NCBI RefSeq assembly: GCF_009914755.1
Contig: NC_060939.1
Length of the DNA: 64,000 nucleotides
DNA from: the human T2T-CHM13v2.0 reference genome, Homo sapiens
Reading direction: 5' to 3' (one strand)
Below, piece after piece: positions 56,801 through 64,000 of this stretch. Below the pieces are notes generated by a model. That model saw only the letters and a list, made by a program, of their open reading frames with translations. It searched no databases and was not told the DNA's origin. Within the stretch, counting starts at the first letter, position 1. Every line of letters starts with the position of its first letter. A program made the translations under genes and the position numbers.

Positions 56801-58573
56801 CCTGGAAGCTGAACTCCCAAGGGCAGAGCACTCAGTCCAGACCTCTAGGCCTAGAGGGAGCTTGAGGTTCTGAGGACAGCCACAGGTCCTTCTAATGCAA
56901 GAGGCCCACCTTGCCCCCACAGCTCCCAGAGGGAGCCCTCCTTCCTCAGCCTGTCCCTGCCCTTTACAGAGGACCTGTCTGCCCTCAGACTGGGGGTTCT
57001 TTGAGGGCAGGAAAGAAGATTGTCCGTCTCAGTCTCCTTCACAGCCCAGTGCACAGGGTGGAGGATCCTGGGGCACGCCCACCTTGGCCGTCCCTGCCAG
57101 TTTCCCAAAGTCCTGATACACTAGATCGTGATGGCCTTGTCACCTCCCTTACAGTTGCCCACCCAGGCCCTGCCTCGCCATTAAACTCAGGGCCTTCTCC
57201 CTGTCCCTCATCTGGCCCCTGGCTGCTCAGATGCCTCTACTCCAGCCCTGTCTGAAGGGACCCTCTCTGGGACTCCCTACCCTGCTTGTTTAAAACCTGC
57301 CCATGCTGCGTGTCTACTGCTGCACGGCTGCCAGACGACAGCCATTCAGATGAAGCCATTGAGGCCCGCAGGGCTGGGGATTATGTGTTTCTCCCTCGGG
57401 ATGCCAGATGCTTTTCTGGGGCTCCAAGGGACACGGAGCCTCCCCCACAAATGGCTCCCTTCCTGCCCCTTGAATTGCAGGAATGCCTGTGCCATCACTC
57501 ATACTCAGGACTTGCTGAGCTCCACGGTTTTGCTGTGGCCCAGGCCCCTGGTGCCAACACCTGCTCTTTGAGCACCCCAGAGAAGGGATTATAAAGTCTG
57601 GGGTGTCTGAGCCTAAGCCAGTTGGTGGGACCTGCCCCAGGTGGCTCAGCAAGTCAGCAAGATGCCTTGGAATCCTGGGAGGATGAACGTGGGAGGCTCC
57701 CGGGACCAAGCTGTCCCTGTTCCTGGCCTCTCTCCGGTGTCTTTCAAACCATTCTCAGAAACCAGTTGGTCCTCTTCTTGGCCCAGTCCCTTCTCCTTTA
57801 TCTCTGAGGTGAGGGCAGGGGGCATGAGAGGAAACACCCACCCCCACAGCTCAGGCCAGATCCCTGCCAAAGCCACCCAAGACACTCGGCCTGGGAGAGC
57901 GGCAGCTGGTCTGGCAGCAGTGACCCTCTGTGCTGGGTATCTATTGTTTTCTTTTTGTTTTTAAATTTCTGTTGTTGCTACAATGTTGTTGTGCAGCCAA
58001 TAAAAGTGCACAAAAGCTGTATTATTATTATTATTATCATTTTGATGACTCTTCAGAGTCAGAGTAAATAACTCTGCCTTCCTTAAGGCACAATTATTTG
58101 ATGGTGGAGATCAAGAAGATAACATGTAATGTTTCAAGCCTCCAAAACAAACCTTTCTAGCCTGCACCCGTCTGCCTGCCCCTTGCCCCAGTTAACCAGG
58201 CCAAAAATCCCAAGGCATTGCTTATCTGGGCTTTCTCCTGTCCCTCAGCAACCCTTTGCTGGAGCCCCAAGTTCCCAAGGCCTGGGCCCAGATGATGTCC
58301 TACCTGTCTCTCTATCTCTGGCCTCTCTTCTTCCCAACTTTCTTGAAGAAGAAATCTCCCCATCCCTCATTCCTTTCCATCACGCCTGGCCCTGATGGCA
58401 GCCATGAAGGAAGGGGCTTGGTGGGGTCCCTGGGAGCGTGGAACCAGCAAGATCCCCAGCTGCTCCTTCCCGCAGTTCTGTGTGGTGGTCCCCCACACCA
58501 CCCACCCCTCCAGCACACCCAGCACAGCACAGTTTCCCGCCCTGCCCCACCCTACCACCCCCAGCTGGCTTAC

Positions 58574-58674
58574 CTGGAGCATCCCACTGGGCATTATTCA
58601 CCTTCTCTGGCACTGAGAGCTCGAGAGCATGGTTCAGGGACTCTTTGGAGAGTGGCTGCCTGTCAGTCAGTGAG
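58574..58674 (-). CDS. ACSBG1: ACSBG1 exon 2 (SLTDRQPLSKESLNHALELSVPEKVNNAQWDAP)
   Basis: cccag|CTC...CCAG|gtaagc; 101 nt; phase fits exon 3; matches the recalled ACSBG1 N-terminal region. Confidence 0.9.
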
Positions 58675-61093
58675 CTGGGGTGGTGAGGGGACCAGGAAAA
58701 ACATTCATTAGAACGTGGGGGACCGGCCTGGGCTTAGGGACTCCGGCCTGGCACACATCTCAGCACCCCCAGGGGGACACTGGCACCTCTGTCTCCTGCA
58801 AATGCTGGGGCCATCCACAGAGGAGAACCCAGTGGGAGTCAGGGGACAAGACCTCAGTGGTTGTAGGGGCTGACCCTGCCCCCACCCAGCCTCCCTCCAG
58901 GCTCTAAGGGCTCAGGAGAAAGGGAATTCAAGGCCTTCTGTGCTCTACTTTGTGGTGTGACCCTGGGCAAGTTCATGCCTCTCTCGGGGTCTCAGCACCC
59001 CACCTGGATGAGGACGGGGCTAAGGTCCGCACTGGAGGATTCTGAATGCCACTCCTGGAGAGGGCAGACTTTTGGGGCGGGGGTTCCCCCATCTGTCACT
59101 CCCTGTACCCACCAGTCCCCAGCCATGCCCAGAAACTGAGTGGAGCTGCAGGTACTCATAGGGCTCTCAGGGGTCCTATTCCGGCCCCCCAGTGAGGGCC
59201 TCCCCTCTTCCATGTGCTTGTGGGTGCACCATGCACCCCATGTCTGTTCACTCCATGGAGAAGACAGACATAGACGGGTCCAGGGAGACCTGAGGCCCAG
59301 GGCCTGACCCAGATCCCCCTCGCCTCCCAGGCTCGGTGACCCTGGCTAAAGGGTCTCCCCTTCTGGCCAACCCAAGTTTCATGGGTTTCTGGGCTTTCAT
59401 TATCCTTTCAGCCTGACTGCCCTTCAGCACCATTTTTCCTCAGAGTTCACCTGGCCAGACCTCAACCTCCTAGATGGCTGAGCAGCTGGATTTCAGTACA
59501 CACTTTAGGACTGCAACAGGATTATAGAACTCCAGAGACACATTTCACAGTCAACAACTACGTAAACAGAATCCACTGGAGTTGTGCAGCATGCAACCTG
59601 TGCAGCTGGTCATGGTGTCCCTGAGGGTAGGACCCTGGCTCCAGGGAGCCCTGTCTGTCTGTCAGTCAGGGTGGGGCTAGCCCCATCCCTGCCCAGTTCC
59701 CAGGAAGCCGGGCCAATTACCTGCTTCTCACATTCAGCCTCACTCCTTGTCGGCACTGCAGGTTCCGAACAAAACTAAGTTTGTGAACACACCTAGGCCC
59801 ACCTGGCAGCCATCTGCTTAAGAACCTGAGATAGGTTTTAAAGCGAAAGATATCAGAAGGTTATGAAGGGAGGGGGACGGGGAGAAGGGGGATGACTGGG
59901 GAACCAAGGTGGCGCCGTTCTTGCGAAATTTGTGAGCAAGGCCTGGGCCACAGGCCTGGAGCAGCCCTTCCATTGCTATGGCGACCCACTCCAGGGAGGT
60001 TGTGGAAAAACTGAAGAGATGGCAACGTGTGCTTCCAGGGCGAGGCCTCCTGTGCCGGGCAGACAGAGGCGCGTGAATGCTGCAGAACTCGTCCTACTGA
60101 CTTTGGATCCTTGGTTACAGCTCTCTGGGATAGCCAGGTAGAAGCTGCCTCCACTTTGGGCCGCAATGTTACCAAATGGCCCCTGAGCTCTGGGTTCAGG
60201 CAGCGACGGCAAACGAGGGACACGTACACTGCTAGGCTCAGAGGCCTGCACTGTGATCATCTGGGGAAGACTGTGAACTTGGTTGATGTCCCTGCCCCAT
60301 CTCAGCCTGTGTTCTCAGAGGACGGTGGACAGCACCCCAGGTTAGAGTTAGCAGCTCTAATCAGCCTCTGAGATCACCAGCTGGGCGGCCACCTCCACAT
60401 TAGCCAGGCAGGAGGCTGTCCTTGGCTGTAATGTCCCACCATCTGAACTGCTTCCTCACAAACAAACCTGTTTTTAAATCCTCCTAATCAAAAGGTATGG
60501 GCAGCACTTCTCTCCCCACAGAAAATTAGTGTAAACTGGTTCTGGTTTTAAAATAGCTACACAAAGACTAAATGAAAAGACAGCCACCAAAGGAAGCCAA
60601 GGGTCAAGCGTACTTATCGTGATTAGAACCTTCTGTTTATAGGGACGATGAGGCTGTTGGCAGCACCTTCTTGCTGCAGGTGGGTGCCTTTTCCTGGAGG
60701 GGCAGCACCCAGTGCAGTGTCAAATTTCTTGTTGCTCAGACACTGATCTTGTCCAGCAACCATGGTCAATGAGAGGGTGGACCGTGGCCCTCTGCCAGCA
60801 TCAGTTTAACAAGAACACCTTCCTTATCCCTGTGGCTGGCTCAAGGCACTGATTCAACTCTCTATGCCCTATGCTTACAGAATTTGGGGCGCATGATTAA
60901 AAGAATGTCAAAACCTAATTCTCCAAATGAATTAAGCCTGATCTTTTCCTCACTAGGGGCTTTGAGAGGTGGTCCCTTTGAAGAGATGTCATCCGAAATA
61001 GAATGTGCTAAACCTCCAGTAACTTCCTGCTCACACAGAGTTATAACCAGTAACAGGCTTTCCTGACCTGACTTGTCACACAGAAACAAGTGA

Positions 61094-61495
<402 letters not shown>

Positions 61496-64000
61496 TAGTT
61501 TTTAATCCTCTCCTCTGTGACTAGCAGTCACTTCTTGCTACTTTCAGTGTGCTGGCTTCTAGCAATTCATCTCACTCCTACATTGCCATTTCTTTTTGTA
61601 GCAGAATAGAAAACAAAACAGCCAAGCTCGTTAGAACTTAGGTTACATTGGGGGACAAGTTCCACAATGGAACCTATCATGTTTTCTTTGAAGAAAAGAA
61701 GCTAAGGTTTGGGAAGCTGCCCCTACTCTGTCTTGACTCCTCAAAAGCATTTTGGGCCCTTCTCCTGATTCTTGCTGCTATTCCAGGAAGGACAGGTGGC
61801 TGTAAATGATCCTACAGGTGAGTTGATATTACTGTCATTGTGATCATCATGAGCACGCCGAAGGCGATTAACATATTATTCCTGTCATTCTGGAAAATTA
61901 TGCTCCTTCTGGAAGGCAATACTCCAGAGGTTGGCGGAAGTCACCTAACATGATTAATGACAATAATGGTGGAAGAACGGCCTGAGGAGGCTGACTGGCT
62001 TCTGTCTGCATTTTGAATTCCCAGGAGGAAGAAGAGCTTACAAGGTTGGCCCTTTTCACTCGTCTTTGAGGACGAGAACAAGGATTCATTCTCTGACCTC
62101 AGCTCACATAAGCACACTTTAAGCTCATTGCCTTGCTCTCCTTTCACAGAAAACAAAAACACTTTATCAGCAGCTACCCAGCAGCATGGGAACAAGAAAA
62201 CAAAGGGCGTGTTTGAGCAAATATGATGTAAGATGTGTGGGGGGCAGAGGAGCCTGGGAGCGTCTGCACTGCGCCTTTCTCTTAACCATCTCTTGGTGGA
62301 TTGGTGTCTCCTTACTCCTTCTACCTTGCCAGAGGAGCTGATGGGAACCATTTGCACACAGAGCCTCCCAAGCCTCCTTCAACTCCTCCTGCAGGAAGCC
62401 CTCCTAGATTTCCCCAACACCCTCTCACCCCTGTGGCCCTTGGATACTCAGGTTTGGGCTTTGATGGTCACACATGGCTTGACAGCTGGGGCCGCTTCTG
62501 ATTCAGCTCTGTCCTCTGGCCACGAGTACTTACTGTTGGAGCTCAGTACATGTTGGTTGGACCTAAACCTTCTCAAGTTGTCACTATGTGTGTGACACAT
62601 AAGTTGAGGAGGACCCTCATTTCCCATGTGAACGCTTCACGGATGAGGATCCGTTTCCCATTTATTTCTGTTACCCTTTCTTCTCACTCAGCCTTCAGCA
62701 GCCAGGCCACTGTTGTGTATGAAGTAGGTGCTCAATGAACGCTTTCTTGAAACAGGATAGCATCAAAGTTCACCAGTCTGTCTGCCTGCTTGGGCACAAC
62801 TCACTTTACTAGCTATGTGGCCGAGTCACGGTTCCTCTCTGGCCCTCGGTTTTCTGCCCGTATCCTGTGGCTACTGCAAGGAGAAGGTGATATATGAGAA
62901 GTGCTTAGTACGTAGTCAGCTCTCATCATTATTACGCATGAGCTCTCATGGATCTTTGGGGGCTCAAGAAGAAAAGGATAACTTGGCAAGATTGAGAGGG
63001 TGACCAGCAGAATGAAAAAACCCTAAACCCAAGTCTGGGGGTCCAGGTTGCGTGCCAACTACTTTCCCTGGGAGACTGGCTGCGGGGCAGGAGGCGGGGG
63101 AAGGTGGGCTCCTTGTTCCTTACGCAGTCCTCAGGATGGAGCTGGCAGACCTGAGCAGGAGCACCTCTGGCATGGTGCCTGGGGGGTGGCTGCAATCTGT
63201 GAGCTTGCCCAGGAGAGAGCCAGAACCTCAGAGAACATGTCACGGAGTCCCCCCGGGAGAGCCACAGCAGCCCCAGAGAGGCCCGGCTCCACCGGACCGC
63301 CCTGCAACAGAGATACAGCGTGAGTCACCGCTGGCAGCCTGGCTGGGCGAGGGGACAGCTGCCCTCTTTCCTGGCTATGACTCATCTGCTCCTGGGGTGG
63401 GACACCCTGCTGTAATTTATGGCCTCATAAGCCCAAACACCCTCAGAATCAATGGAGAATGCCTCGCAGGAGGTGGCTGCCTTGGGGCTGTGGTCTCCAT
63501 TCCCCACAGCCAACTGATGAGCAAATAAAATCTCCAGGACTCCTGCTTTGCAGAGACTTCTGGCTACCATTCACCAGCCTCCCCATCACTTCTGGTAGTT
63601 CCCACCTCTCTCTGCTCAGCGGGCAAAGCAGAACTGACTCCCCAATGGCTGGAGAATGTTCTCCATGGAAGGTGTTGCCTAACTAGTTCCCCATATCCTA
63701 AAAACCCCAAACAGGGAGAGCAATGCCTCCTCCAAACCCCACAGTGCTAGTCACACAGGCCTGTGCACAGCCTGATGCTCCCAATAGCAACAATATAGTC
63801 TGCAATGGCGATTCACGCTAGCTTCCCCATCACCCTGCGTGGCGGACCCCACGCCCCCTGCTTCTCTTTAGTCTGCATGGACTGCCTCACTTCAAAGATT
63901 GGGCCTCTGGCAGCTCTCTCCTAATTGCCAATTCCCAGCCTGAAGACCCCCATAGAGGACTCACGGTAGAGGGTGTGCCTGGGGGTCTGGCTGCCCCAGG

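Overview
Human-type genomic DNA, recognisable from the encoded proteins as the IDH3A/ACSBG1 locus (15q25.1, from prior knowledge). The + strand carries IDH3A (mitochondrial NAD-dependent isocitrate dehydrogenase alpha subunit). The window opens in the CpG island at the start of intron 1, and coding exons 2-11 (5766-19590) all have GT-AG boundaries in a continuous frame. The - strand carries ACSBG1 (bubblegum-family long-chain acyl-CoA synthetase), coding exons 2-14 (58674 down to the stop at 22029), with exon 1 beyond the right edge. The two genes are convergent with closely spaced, potentially overlapping 3' ends. The rest is mostly about 40 Alus, MIR/L1M/MLT1 relics and one 5'-truncated L1PA. 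Nearly all short ORFs in the supplied track are Alu-derived or chance. I see no new multi-gene system. The most interesting unexplained structures are: (1) a spliceable two-exon antisense ORF in IDH3A intron 1 whose ATG is supplied by an Alu; (2) an 83-bp copy of the ACSBG1 exon 6 end plus donor site pasted into an old L1 in intron 5, creating a possible in-frame 18-nt micro-exon; (3) an L1PA with both a twin-priming 5' inversion and a 109-bp 3' transduction; (4) a 181-bp-arm inverted duplication inside an Alu. Exon numbers and repeat subfamilies are by eye and memory; repeat boundaries are approximate.
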